Shown one piece after another: positions 27,150-41,080 of a stretch of DNA of 64,000 nucleotides. The notes beneath the pieces were generated by a model that had not been told where the DNA came from, searched no databases, and worked only from the letters and a program-made list of their open reading frames with translations. The position numbers and the translations under genes were made by a program. This DNA comes from Antedon mediterranea (taxonomy: Eukaryota; Animalia; Echinodermata). The DNA lies in contig NC_092670.1 in NCBI RefSeq assembly GCF_964355755.1, positions 24,476,795-24,540,794 of the forward strand. Direction: 5' to 3'. How positions within the stretch are numbered: position 1 is the first letter of the stretch; each line of letters opens with the position of its first letter.

Positions 27150-27287
27150 AAATAGCATTCATGATACTGGACACATGCCTTGCAGTCACATTTTATATAA
27201 CTTTTCAAATTAATTTATTAAATTTATTCTGTGCCTTGTGATGTTTATATATATACTGTATATACAATTGAGAGACTAGTACTGTTC

Positions 27288-27365
27288 CGCCGTACTACGA
27301 CAGTGGTCTAATGGTCATCTGCATATCAAGCAGAATGTTCCGGGTTCGGATCTTGGATTGGGCAT
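27288..27365 (+). mobile_element. Degenerate tRNA-derived SINE head
   Basis: AGTGGTCTAATGG A-box-like and GGTTCGGATC B-box-like motifs; related fragment on the - strand at ~60300-60340. Confidence 0.45.
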
Positions 27366-27732
27366 TCTCACTGATTTCCTCATATTTATCGTTTAAAATT
27401 AAATAATTAAATTTCACTGGGCGGTTTAGAATTATTCTGTGCCTGTGAAATGTATATATCTTTTAAATATTTTCTACTACAATCACGTATAAATAGTTAG
27501 TAATGCATATAATACTTATTTTACTAGAAGCCGAGTTTAATTCATTCTAAATTAATAACCAGTGTTAGTGAATAAATAGTTAAAATTTATCAGTTCTTTA
27601 ATTCTTTGATGTACGGCTGAGAAAAAACACCTTATGAGTGTATTCATGTTTTGTCATTAATAAAAAGCTTGTATAGCACACTAAAACTTTGTCTACTAAT
27701 TATTTTTACAGAGAAATTCTTGTATTTCTGAA

Positions 27733-28128
27733 GTCATAAATTTTATGACCTAATGGCAGCTTCACAATCATGTCATAAATATTATGACTTATGTGAAAAT
27801 AGTCAATACCTTGAAGCCCGGAAATCACAGCCTCATGTACTATAACCAGTGTATTCCGAGACATAACATGTAGTTTTAAATTGTCATAAATTTTATGACC
27901 TAATGACTGCTAAATTAATGTCATAAATATTATGACTTATGTGAAAATAGTCAATACTGTACCAGGAAGCCCCGAAATTAGTGCTTCCTGTACTATACAC
28001 TATAACTAGCGTATTCCGAGACTTAACATGTACCTTTAAATTGTCATAAATGTTATGACCTAATGACTGCTAAATTAATGTCATAAATATTATGACTTAT
28101 GTGAAAATAGTCAATAGGCAGCTACCAT
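27733..28128. repeat. Tandem array (150-160 bp period) with six GTCATAAA-T-(T/A/G)TTATGAC palindromes, ending at GGCAGCTACCAT; candidate right end of the large element
   Basis: Palindromes start at 27733, 27772, 27883, 27920, 28043, 28080. Confidence 0.9.
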
Positions 28129-28949
28129 GTCGCTCGAATAATACACGCTGTTATCTGCTGTATATAGCCCATCACTTTATAACTTTTTTGTTGAATCTAA
28201 TATATTATTACCGAGTATAAGGTGGTTAGGAGCTAATAATACTAAGCTTTAGAGCTGAGTGGAAATGGGCCGCTACTACTGGTAATTACACCAAAGTGTT
28301 TTGTGTATGATAATCGAAGTGCAGCTAGCTCTGCCAACAAATGCATGGATTAATACATTCATTTATAAAAATAGTTTTTAACACTCAGCTAGCTTTTATC
28401 TCATTATCATAAATGAAAACAAAAAAGAATTGCCCTTTTCAGCTACAAATAAAAACATATCATCCAAACTAATAAACAGAAAAAAAGAAACAATTATTCA
28501 ATCAATATTATAGTTTATCGTTAAAGTAAGTTGATATATTTATGTTTCATTATACATTGTATTAAACTAGTTAATGTCGATGTATACATTTATATAAAAC
28601 AAGGTTTTGTTTATTAATATCTCAGCGTTACTAAAATCAAAATATAAAACAAAACAAATTATACGGCAAGTTTATGCAAATAAAAATAATTATAAGAGGA
28701 AATGTTTGTTATCGCTAAATTGTAGTATTTTGATAATATTGAAATCGATAAAAATCAAAATATGCATATTTTACGATTTTGTATACATTTTAGCTATGAA
28801 TGGCCAAAATTCAAGTAAATGTCGATTTTGTTGAATCTACACAGACGTATAATGTTTGTACTGAAAATAAAACGTGTTAATATCGGGTATCTCAAGAAAA
28901 ACAACATGCAAAATGCCATAAAATGATAATAAGTACATCAAAAACATTT

Positions 28950-29445
28950 CAGAAAAAATTGCTTCCACCAGAATTGTTTTATTCCTCTGTTGTTCAATCA
29001 ATCATTTCTTATTGTATTATTGTTTGGTTTTCTCATATCAATGTAAACAGTAAAAGTCAAATTCAGAGATTAGTAAACAAGGCCAGCAGAGTTATCGGTG
29101 TAGAAGTGAAATCTTTAGATGAAATGTTTAATACATTCATACTTAAGAAATTTGACACAATCTATGCAAGACCCATCACACCCATTACATTCAGACATCA
29201 TTATAAGTAGATCAGGAAGGGTTAGACTGACACAGGAAAAAATATCCACAAACCGTTTCAGATTTTCACCAATGTACATAGCATGCAATTTATTTAACAA
29301 AAACTTTTCAAGATAGTCACTTGTATCATTTGTATTTATTTATATAGTTATCACATCGTATTATTTCTTCTACTCAGGTGCAAAACATATCTCGAAATTG
29401 TTAACAATTTTGACAATTAAGTTATCTTGTATCTTGTATCTTGTA
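28950..29445 (+). mobile_element. 3' fragment of a Rex1/Babar-like LINE
   Basis: FYSSVVQSIISYCIIVWF..IQRLVNKASRVIG..DPSHPLH..SGR..TNRF, followed by a (TATCTTG)3 tail. Confidence 0.75.
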
Positions 29446-30718
29446 ATTGTAAAATACAAATGTTATCAATAATTTTAAATTAAAAACCTTTTTAAATACG
29501 GATTTAGTGTTTTAAAAATCGTCAGGTTATTCCATATCTGAACAGATACAATTTACTACATTGATGTATTGGTTAAATATACAGTATATATTTTTTAATT
29601 CTTTACATTAAAACAATAATAAATTGAAGAAAGTGTATTAATTAATTAGTAAATCTATAAAAATCTTTACGTAATTATTAACAAAAATAAAATTGACTAA
29701 AGTATAGATTTACCTATGCAAAACATGATACATCTTCAATTGCTTTTCTCAATAAATATGTCCTATTTTATAACACGTCATTATTTAAAATATTACATCT
29801 TCTCACAGTGGGTTAATGAGGTGCAAGTGCTGAATTTACGTAATTGTATGATTCATTCATGTTTGATACAGAAATTAACATTGTTTATAAACCAATAGCT
29901 ATTTTAGTATGAAGCAGCTTTTATTATTATTATATTTTTATCATTACACAATTTTTTAATATTATACTAACTAATATATTTTTATTAATATTATTATAAT
30001 AATAATAATATATCAACAATTTGTTAAATAATATTTATCGCATAATATACAATCTACGATAATTTAGTTAATTGATATATAAAAATTTACTAAATCAATA
30101 ACATCATTTGAATAAAAGAACAAATCACACATCTACACATAATCAAACATCGTATAGGCCTACTCTATCTCTAACAATTTTTCTTCTATCGACTAAAGCC
30201 GAAGTATAGTCGTTATCTCGGGACCGTCCTATGGTTACCACAAGGTAGGCTTACTTCATTAAGGCTTCTATGAATGGATGTACTGGTTTGGGAGCATGAA
30301 CGCTATAGGTAGACCAAAGCCAGTACCGTTTTGATTACGATCAATCGGGAAATTACCTCATGACATTATGATTAAAAAAATATAATATTAAATGATCTAA
30401 ATACATTCTTACAAAATCTGTGTATGTTTTATAAGATTTGTGTTATACAAAATAGTTAGGCGGTAATTAGGAAATAGAACTACAGTGAAAAAATCTCATT
30501 CCATTTTCATTAGGCCTATCCAGATTATATAATTAACGCGATATGGAAAGCAACTGCGGTGGGAATTTACACAAATGTGTCAAAATTCACCATCTTAGTT
30601 TCACTAGCACATACAGATACAAATGATTGTAAATTTAACTTTTACGCAATTTACGTGTAAAAATACTATATACAATTGTGTACAACTATTTCTAGTAAGC
30701 TTACATAACATACACATA

Positions 30719-31651
30719 TCAAATGCCAACTTTTGTCATCTTAATTTCTTGTTGAAAGTTTGGTTTGCGGGAATTGCAAGTAAACATATGTACGATAGTG
30801 TACAGATACGGATTAATGCACGAGTTGATAGGAATTATGAATGATGCCGCCCAAACATATATTTCCTCTGGAATTTTCCACTTTCCGTCTCTGAACAAAT
30901 CCCCATCAATATGACAGGGAACCAACAGCAGAAATCGGTGAAAACTATTATACCTAATTCCCAAGCCCTTCTTGTTAGATCCTTTCGTATTCTTATCTTG
31001 TTAGCATTAGCTCCTGATCTCTTAACAGAGACGAAAATTGCGACATAGCTCGCTGCAATCACGATAAAACCTAAACTATTGAATCCAATAAAATGGCAAT
31101 AGCATACTTCCAGCCTGGCCATCGACTTCTTGTTAGTGGTAGTGCAAGGCAAACACTTTGTTTGCCATAGTAGTTTTCACCAAAATACGATATATTGATA
31201 AAGTCTACTCTGTTTGCAAGTGGAAGAAAACTGAGAACAACCTAAACTAACCAGCTAATACCGATAATAATTTTACATTTTGTACTGTTTAGCCGTTTTA
31301 TAGTGAAAGGGTTCACGGTGTGAACTGCACGCTCAATACCATCAATGTAGTTACAGAACATTTACTGAAGAGAGTAGAAATAGCACCGGCAAAGCTACAA
31401 AAAGGAAACTGCATTAGTAATGAGCATGGCTTGGACCTTATTAAAATTATTATTATTGTTGTCCTTGTTATTAAACCTTCGTGATAAAATAACAATTCCA
31501 TTACCAATGACAGATGAAACACCAATAACCAACATCAATACTCTTAACACTTCTCGTTTTAGTAAGTCTGCACAGGAAGCAAACGCATCTGTTGGTTTGC
31601 AGACATCAATGGCACCCACGAGACAACACAGGCTAAACAAATCTGAATATC
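30719..31651 (-). pseudogene. LRR-type rhodopsin-family GPCR (GRL101/RXFP-like) 7TM exon, disrupted
   Basis: LCC..C.P.DAFASCADLL..VLR hinge, GENYYG..CLP, IVFTDFCCWFP, IPINSCINPYLYT. Several frameshifts and a TM2 deletion; splice acceptor at ~31652. Confidence 0.85.
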
Positions 31652-32864
31652 TGAGAGAATTAAAAAAAAACAAAGTTGTAAAGAAATGTGATTTTGTACA
31701 TCTGTCCTGCCTCATATATTTTTCATTTGCAGTTGCATTTAGCAGCTACTTTTGTACGGATTTAAATCAGCGTAGAAGATGGCATCGACAAGCTTAGCCA
31801 ATAAAGGGGACATTAAAGAGAATCAGTTGGATACAGTTCTGCGAAATAATTGGTAAGTCAACCTCTCCCAATACCGAACTGGTTTCACAGAAAATATGGT
31901 ATTCGGAATGTGTTTTTAATGGTAATGAATTTGGGACTGTTTGGGACTTTCTGGTTTTTGGAGAGTGTCATAATGAGAGAATTGGCTGTATTCTTTAAAT
32001 TGAAGGTCATAAAATATGAATGCGCGTACAGTTCCAAAACCATAATTAAATGTAGTAGGTGCTTGAACAGAAATAATAATAATAGTATTTGTAAGTGTAT
32101 GTGTATCCATGTCTTGTCAATACTTACAGTTCTTGTAATTCCTTCAGTTGTTCAAAAGTTCTATCTCTGTATTTCTGTAATTTGTTTTCCCTTAAGTCTC
32201 TATTAATAATATAAACAACCCGTTAAAACCACAATGATGTTTTCAAGTGAGTCGGTGAGAGATTGCGCAATGAATATATTTATATTGTTGGTTGGTAAGA
32301 TATGCTTTTGACTGGTACGTTTGGTCGAAAAAAAATGTACCAGTATCCGGTTTTTGTTTGTTTAAATTTAATTTACACTATTTGTATTTAAATTAAGTTT
32401 TAATTAATAATTAAGTTATTGCATTACAGCACACACTTATAGTAGAAATCATTGATTTGATGAGACATGGTCTACCATTACCAAGCATGTTTATTCAATT
32501 TTACTGTATTTTTATCACTTTTTGATATTACTTGTGTTGTATTTTGTTTCATATCTATAGGGTATTTATTTGATTATAAATGTTACCCTATTACACCCAC
32601 AACAAAAAATTAAGTGAACGCCCCGAAAAAACCTTTCGCAAACAATAAACGCCCCGGGCGGCGCGTTTATTTGAAATAAAAATACGGTACCTACCAACTA
32701 AATACAAAAATAGAAAGGTCGAATGGTGGACAACAACATTAAAAAAAACAATAGAGACTTCAGACATATACAGAATAAAAATACTCACATTTTTTTCAGA
32801 GATGTCAAATCAGAAAACCCATGGGCTGGTAATGTACTCATTTTGTTCCCGGACAACTCCCTTC

Positions 32865-33662
32865 AAAGCAAATGTAAATCTTTGTGTATCACTCTGAAGA
32901 CAAAGCCTATTATAACCAAATATAAGTTGAATGATCAGGAATTAGATTGTGTTAATTCTCAAAGGGATTTAGGAGTTTTAATTGATAGTAAGTTAAATTT
33001 TTGTTTACATGTTAATTATGTTGTATCTAAGGCAAATAGAATGCTGGGTTTGTTATGGAGGAACTGTAGATTCATGTGCAATGTTGGAGCACGACAGTCG
33101 TGCGCCCCCACCTGGAATACTGTTCAGTCATTTTTAATTCAATTTCTTGTACTCAATCTCAGTGTATTTATAATGTTCAGAACAAATTAATTAGATTCCT
33201 TACTCGCACTTGTCCTAATTATAATGTTTCTCTTATTTATTTCTCTTGAAAATCGTAGAGTTGTTTTTGATATGGTTTTTTTTATACAACTCATTCAATT
33301 CCGTTTATGATTGTCCTATTGTTGCTTTGTTTAAGTTGAATATACCAACTTGTACTCGCAGCAAGTGTTTGCTTCACGTTCCTTGTGGTCGTGTTGAATG
33401 CACAAAACGAGGTATTTTTCAGCGGTTACCTAACACATTTAATAGGTTACTTGCTACTTTTTTGGATATTGATTTATTTTATGATAGTTTAAATGTATTT
33501 AAGGGTAAAATTTTTTAATCTCTTTAATGTTGTGATCTTTGTTTATGTTTTTGTTGTTTATTTGAATACATTTTATAGTTTATTATGTTTAGATTCAACC
33601 TGTTAGTGGCGGTTTCATCGCTGTTGGTTGACAACTGAATCAAAATAAAATTTAAAAAAAAA
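32865..33662 (+). mobile_element. 3' fragment of a CR1-group LINE
   Basis: RDLGVLIDSKLNF..HV..KANRMLG, RPHLEYCS after a frameshift, 3' UTR and A-rich tail. Confidence 0.85.
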
Positions 33663-36600
33663 GTAAACACAATGCCCAGTAAACATGCAAATTAACTACA
33701 TTGAACACTTTTTAATTAGCATTAACAAAAATTAAACGTAATTAAGATAATTAAACAATTACAATATTTCCAGAGATTTACTATATTGAACAATGGCATT
33801 ACAACAACAATTAAACGTAATCATAAGTAATAACAATCATGGAAGATGGTAAATATTGTAAATGCGCTTTAACATGCATACAAATATTTGTCTTCTGAAA
33901 TCACCGTCTTAAAACATTCGGTGGTCATTGTCTTGTTGTTTTTTAACTTCTATACATATATGCATCTATATATAAATTATGGTTAATTCTGACATAGGCG
34001 AGCACAATGCAAAAACTTTGGTACAAATCTCCGCCTTGGATACCTACTTTATCTATCTGAGATGTACCGCGAAACGTAGATTTGATAACATTAGTGTTCA
34101 CAGCGACGCTATTGTTCCATATTTCTATCTTAGGAAGATATTATAACGAGTTTTTTAACACAATTTATGATTTCAACATTAGATTTTCATCTCAATTTCA
34201 ATTCTTCCCGGTCAAAGTAATTTCCGGGTTTAAGATAAGTTCACCTTGCAACAACCTGGTTTCAAATATTTTCTCTCTTTTATACACAAGGGAGCAGTTA
34301 AAATAATAGATTTGACCCTAAAGGTGACTGGAAACAGGCACTTTCCATCAATCAATACAGTGTCCCTTTGGAAGATGAAAAAAAAACCAGATATATAGTA
34401 GGACTGGAGCTTAAGTTGGCCATTAATCATAGCCATTTCAGTTTTTTGTTTATTTTAAAACATACCGCGCGCGTGTGTGAAGGTACAGTAGTTAAATAAT
34501 AGGAATTATACTGCAAATTAATAAAGATCAAATTAAATATACGCCATAAAGAATCAGAATATATTGTGGGGAATAGTATTATAAAATTACATAGGGAGAT
34601 TTGATGATAAGACATTTTTCGAGTGAAATCCCGATAGCTGAGTTTTATTGAGTAAGCTTGCAGGAATAACTGTAGGCTATCTTCCTGTGTCCCGTTAGGA
34701 CCGAGATGTCTGCCCATGTTGCAAGCCGTAATATCTTCTTTCTTGGGCCCACTCTGTCACGGCAGTTAGTTTCAAAAGATGATTAAATTAAATAATGTAT
34801 TAATAATTATTAGGATGGTATTCATTTGAATAAACGCCTCTCCAATAAAACATCACTTTGAATAATAACCCCCCCCCCCCCAACCCAACTATCTAATAAA
34901 CGTCCATCCACATATTTATAACAACACAATTATACTATTTGTAGTAGAATTCACCGCACTGTTATTTACAATTTACCAAGCATTTGTTATTCTTTTTTAG
35001 CACTTTTCATATCTATTAGAGGATTTCATTTGATTATAAATGTTACCATATTATTAAAACTACAAAATTTAACATATATCCCTCGAATAAGCACCTCCCT
35101 CAAATGACCTCCGCCTCCCCAAAGGGCCCTACCAAACAATAAAAACTGTACTTTTAAATGTTATTAATCATCTAAAACACTGTGAAACAAAGTAGTTTAG
35201 TTTTACGAATGTCAAGCATTTTCAATAATGGTAACCGACAGAAAACGTATAAGGAGAACATTATCATTCCGAGAACCATCGTCTACACTTCCTAGAGGGG
35301 GAGCGAGCGAAGCGAGCTCACCCTCTAGTAGGCCTATACATTAAATACTTGTTAAGTAACTTAGATGTGAATATCTAGACCTAAATATGGTGTTGTTCAT
35401 TTATAGTTTTAAAACAAATCTCTAAATGTTTAAATATAACAAGCATACTTACAGTACTTCTAATGCTTTAAAACTATCAAATGAATTGGCTGGCAATTTA
35501 CAAATGTTTTCACGCATATTCCTTTAAAGTAGTAAAATAGTAAGATAAAATATTTTAAATAACTAAAAAGTAATGTTATCCTTTTTTATATCATTATTGT
35601 TACTTTTCAATACTTTATCCAAACTAATTAAAATTGTTAATTTTCCAAAATGAATAGTTGTTTGATGGTTGAAATAATATGTATATTTAAAAAATACACA
35701 TGTTAAACTCGCGGCATAAAAATTCACTTTTTACCTAAACTTTTAATCTGTTTTAATGCTAACACTTACCATTGAACATTAATAGGAAAATCTGTTTATA
35801 CAAGAAACAGAAACTGTAAGTTGAACTCTAGGTAACGTTGTTACACATTACGATTGGTGGCCTCCATTGTGTACGACTTTGTACACAGTGGGAAAGCCAC
35901 TTCGCGTTTTGACCGTTAAATCGTGTAAAATCGACTTACTTCCGCATTGACGATTTTGAAGCGCCACCTATCGTTGAAAACTGAAACCACGATTTTTCGT
36001 CGCCTAGCAAATAAGTGCTGTTTTATTTTAAGCTCTCATGAATATTTAAGAACCGCCCAACATTACCTATTATGGTAAAAGCATTTCCTAATAAGTATTA
36101 TTGAATAACCAATCGGGTTCCTTCAAAGAAACCGAAGCTAATACAATACATGTGGCGACTGAAGTCGGGACTCGTGAAATTTATAAATGTGGTAGTAACG
36201 ATTTGACTACTGTTTTGTTGTCCATTTTCTGAATAGTCGAAGGTGCATCCCAACAAATTAAAAAAATTATAATCAATTGTTTTATCAAGAATAATATTAG
36301 TTTAATCGAGTATGATATATTTCTATCCTGTTCAAAATGTGTTGGTGTATTCTCAGGCCTCGAAAGGTAGGTACATTTTCTAGCTGTGAGCGTGGTTTCG
36401 GCAACGCGAGACACGTGTGTCAGTATAGGCGATAGCGAGACGTGTGTTGTACTGTGTTGATGCTGATCCGATAGTCGTTAAGTTGTACTGATTACGAGTA
36501 TCATTGGTCCTGGCCGGCCTAGCCTGGTGATCTGATCCCCCCCCCCCCCCAACAAAATACTTTTTTTCAATCAGTATTAATATTATTATTTTATTTTTCA

Positions 36601-36782
36601 TTTATTATTTGATTTATTAGACTCAATAGATGCCTAGCTAGACTACTAGTACTAGTAGGCCTAGATTATATAAATAAATAATAGTAAACACTGTAAGTGT
36701 AATTTAATTAATAAAATACAGCTTTCATTTGCCTTACTTTTATGTCATCATATAATATTATAATTATATATACAACCAGACA

Positions 36783-37254
36783 TTAAGAAGATTAACCAAA
36801 TTCACACTAGAATCCGACTTGGTTTCAGCTGTCTCAATTCGCATTTATTCTTACATGGACTTCGGGACAATCCAAATTGTACTTGTGGCTTTAATGTTGA
36901 GAATCCGCTTCATTTCTTATGTTACTGCCCTAATTATAATACACAAAGAGATATTCTACTTGTAAGCGCTAACTCAATTATTGAGGATATCTTAGCCAAG
37001 TTTTCTTTAACATTTAATTTTACATTTTTAAGTGAAATTTTTATTTTTGGTTCCGATCTTCTTTCGAATTGTGAAAATGCTTTATTATTTTATTATGTAC
37101 AACAATTTCTTGTTAATTCTGGAAGATTTAATTGATGTTTCTGTTAGTTGTTTTAAAATGTTGTATTTGTTAATCTGAGGCGCCTTGAAGCTAAGATGGT
37201 TCCATCTTGTAAGGCGCCTCTGTGTAATATACTGAATAAAAAGAAAAAAAAAAA
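36783..37254 (+). mobile_element. Extreme 3' end of a CR1-like LINE with poly(A)
   Basis: IHTRIRLGFSCLNSHLF..CTCG..E..HF..CP.Y zinc-knuckle-like end, 3' hairpin GAGGCGCCTT..AAGGCGCCTC, AATAAA and A tail. Confidence 0.75.
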
Positions 37255-38559
37255 GACATTAACATTTTTTTAAATAATATTTATTATTTTTTCTGACACT
37301 TTCAGGAATCGTTGATGATGCAGAGTTCTTTGTCTTTGTGACTTCAAACTGAGAGTGAAGTGGATAAAAAGATGACACCGGTACCTACCGACATTGTCAT
37401 ACCCAAACTATAATTTAATTATTTAAAACAAAATGTTGAATTACAAATATATATGTATGTTGCAGAGGATTTAGATGAATTACAATACAAATATTTATGT
37501 TGAATGCAAACCTACTACACTATACTCTGTAAATTATGTTATTGTCATGTGGTAGACCTTAAAAATTGAATATTTATTGTATGTTATTGTTAGGCCTATT
37601 TTATATTTTATTAATACTGTATTAGTTTAATATTACTGTTATTATAATTTATATTATACAGTACTAGTTTGTACATGTTTTTACCCAAAAAAATGAATAA
37701 ATAATTTGTTATTCAATCTAATTGCTTGTTTGTTCATCAATAACAAAACAATTGTAAGCAAGTATATAACAGTTCTTGTTAGCCGCTTATTTCAGGTCAT
37801 ATTATTAATATTAGCTAGGCCCGACGCGCCCGATCACAACGTCACTACGTGACTTTCCGCCCCTGAAACAATCGGTCGCTAATAGGGCTAGGCCTCGGAC
37901 TCGTATAAAAGCTATTATAATAGTTATGATAAATATTCCTCAACTAAAATGTATACTGTGATAAATAAACAAGTAATAATATACGTTGTATTGGAATGTA
38001 TTTATTTATATGAATTCTTTTACGCGGACAATTATAAACCTCGCGTATATCGTTCGATATAAATAAATTCATAAACACGATGACGATGGAACAAATAGTG
38101 GTACCTTTAGTTTGAATAGTCGGAGCTGCATCCCAACCACCGAATTTTGTATCTTAATATCGTATTCTGTAGATTATTAATTTTTCTAACAGGGATTTTA
38201 AATTCAGGACTGTTCAATTTTTCTAAATATTTTATTTTAATGATTTTCTAGGGTACAATTTCGGAAAAAAGACATTGGTTGATTTTGCCGTTAAATTACA
38301 GATTATCGTTTTGTTCAAATACATTTAATTTTACATGACAATATATTAAAACCATTTATGAATTTATTTCACTAACAATATTTTTCCGATAATCAGCTAA
38401 ATTTACAAATATTGTGTTTTTCCAACACCCTAAAATTTAGCAATTTTGAACTAAATTAGAAAAGTAGGGCGCCCTCTCCGAGTCGAAATTTGACACGATT
38501 TGTCGACTGGCTGTCCCACTGTACAACGACGATGCATAAGCCTACGCGGTCACCATCAT

Positions 38560-41080
38560 TTGTACTACCTGAGTGTATTTGATAAGTAAGGCAGGTAGCT
38601 CCCACCACACTGGAGAACAATAATATAAGCATGGCAGCACAAGTGTATTATAAAGATGGAGAGCTACACTACTAGGGGCATTAGATGTGATTAATCGTAT
38701 AATACCCCTTTCACACCAAAACTCCGGAGTGTCTCCGGAGACACCCCGGGGTTTATGACCATTCAAAACGTCGAGAAACTCCGGAGATACCCCTTTCACA
38801 CCAACCTAGCAACACCGGGGTTCATATAATAAAATTGTAAATGTCGCCCTCTAGTTTGTTTGTTTACATAGCGACGATCATTAGAATCATTTTAATTAAT
38901 AATATTTTAAATTTAATAATTACTTTCAAAAGTCTCAGAAGTAATATAATGTTTTATTGATACTACATATTATTTTCTAGACCCGCTATATATTTTGTAC
39001 AAATATTTAAAGTATTTTGAAATAAAACTAAAGCAATGAGTGATCGTGTGAGGATAACCTTTTGACCCGAAACACTCCGGAGTTTGATGTTGGTACCTTT
39101 CACACCAAAACACCGGGGTGTCCCCGCAGTTCGCTCTCCGGAGAATGTTCAGCTGTTCAACCCCGCAGTTTTAAACTCCGGAGTTGCTTGATTTTACCTT
39201 TCACACCAAACAGCGGGGCGTCAACTCCGGGGTGTCTCCGGAGTGTCTCCGGAGTTTTGCTTTTGGTGTGAAAGGGGTATAAGACCAATAAGACGGTTAC
39301 AATTTGATACTGCATCCTGAACATGATTGTCCCATGACAAGTTACTTTGTATTGAGCAGCCTAAAATGTTTAATGAATCATTACAATCTAAAAGTGTATC
39401 AGAAATGCTGTATATAGGTTTGGGATATCCTCTTCTCCAAGTAAGTCGCATAGATTTGCATTTATTGGGATTCAGTTTGAGGCAATTTTTTTTTGCCCAA
39501 GAATCAATAGACGTTAGATCTTTTTGAATATTTGGGTCTGAATCCATAGTGCTAACATTGCGAAAAATGAACACATCATCAGCGTATTGTATAATACTAG
39601 ATGTAATGTATAGATGGAGGTCATTAGCATACATGACAAAAAGCAACGGACCCAAAACAGACCCTTGCGGCACGCCTGATTTAACAGGCAACCAGTCTGA
39701 AGATTATCCTTTATATACAACATGCTGTACACGATTTGATAAAAAAGAAGTTATCCAGCTTAAGGCAGTGTCATTGATATTGAATGTCAACAATAGCTTG
39801 CGGAGAAGAATATCGTGGGATATGGTATCAAACGCACGGCTGAAATCCAAAGTAATAAGGTCAACGGCTGGCGTTTTCGAATCAAGTGCACGTAACCAGT
39901 CAGTGGTTGCTGACACCAAGGCTGTGGTACAGGATCGACCAGGAATAAAAACCGTGTTGATGACTCGCCAACAGGCTGTTACTTTGGCAGTGGTTAAGAA
40001 TTTGTTGGAAAACAAGTTTTTCCAACATCTTGCACATCACCGACGTAAGAGACACTGGACGATAATTAAGTAAGTTACTTTTGTCACCCTTTTTGAATAT
40101 AGGAACAACATTTGCACGCTTCCACAAAGTAAAAATTTTACCACATAACAGCGAATGATTAAAAAAATTTGTGATAGCCGGAATAATTACCGGACAAGCG
40201 AGTTTAAGCATCCGAACATTCACACCATTAGGACCAGAAGCTTTATTAGCTGCGAAGTTTTTGATAACAGATTCCACCTGAAAACGTGAAACATGAAAAC
40301 CGGCAAGAGATGGAATGTCCAAAGTTGGTGAAGTGAGACTCACATAATTAGGGGAGTCACTAAAAGAACTCACAAACAACTTGTTAAACTCGTTGGCGAT
40401 TTGAGTAGGGTGTCTTATGGTATTGCCTTTAACCACAAAGGAGTCAATGAGTTGAGATGACTTTCGCTTGCTTTTTATAAAAGACCAAAATGACTTCCGG
40501 TTATCTTTCTTTCTAAACAGATTGGTAATGAAGTCACTGTATGCTTTCTTAGACGCGTTGCGTACTTTATTTCGTATACATTTGTATTTATTCCAAGCCA
40601 AAGTACTGCTTAATCTACGAGCTTTTTTAAACAGAGCCCGTTTCTCAAGAATAAGTCTATAAACCACAGGCAATATCCAGGGTTTGGCTTTTTTACGGGA
40701 GCGACGAACTGGAATACTATCATTGACACAAGCTAGAAGGAAATCCGAAAACTGATCCCATGCCGGCCACATTGATGTCAGTGAAATCAATTAACTCCCA
40801 TGGAGTCAACGAAATTAGGCTCTGATAATGTTCAACGTCTGCTTTATGATACTGATAATTTCACGGACCACGTTGGGAAGTTTTCCAGGAGATCCGCGAA
40901 TTCTAAACGTTACCATGTGATGGTCAGAATTGGCAAGACCTGCATCAATTTTTACTTCACACAATCGATCCGGACGGGAAGTAAATATAAGATCAATTAT
41001 TGTATTAGAACTAAAATCATTCGATGATCGAGTTACGTCAAAAACTAGCTGATCAATACACATAGCATCTGCTAAAGACT
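38560..41080 (-). mobile_element. Decayed CR1-group LINE ORF2 (APE endonuclease end plus RT), interrupted by a MITE
   Basis: DLIFT..SDHH, YRPVSLTSVMCKMLE, LDFSRAFD, SGVPQGSVLGPLLF, YADD, LYNTLVLP.L.YCSPVW; multiple frameshifts. Confidence 0.92.
38703..39279. mobile_element. PIF/Harbinger-type MITE
   Basis: TIRs TACCCCTTTCACACCAAAA / TTTTGGTGTGAAAGGGGTA with TAA TSD (38700-38702, 39280-39282). Removing it restores the LINE frame NRLIGL|IRLI. Confidence 0.9.

Noticed and set aside
35293-35330. Short hairpin CTAGAGGG..GCGAGCGAAGCGAGC..CCCTCTAG
   Set aside because: Probably an isolated end of a rolling-circle-type repeat; too short to call.
39549-41027. Plus-strand ORFs of 64-174 aa
   Set aside because: Antisense to the LINE ORF2.
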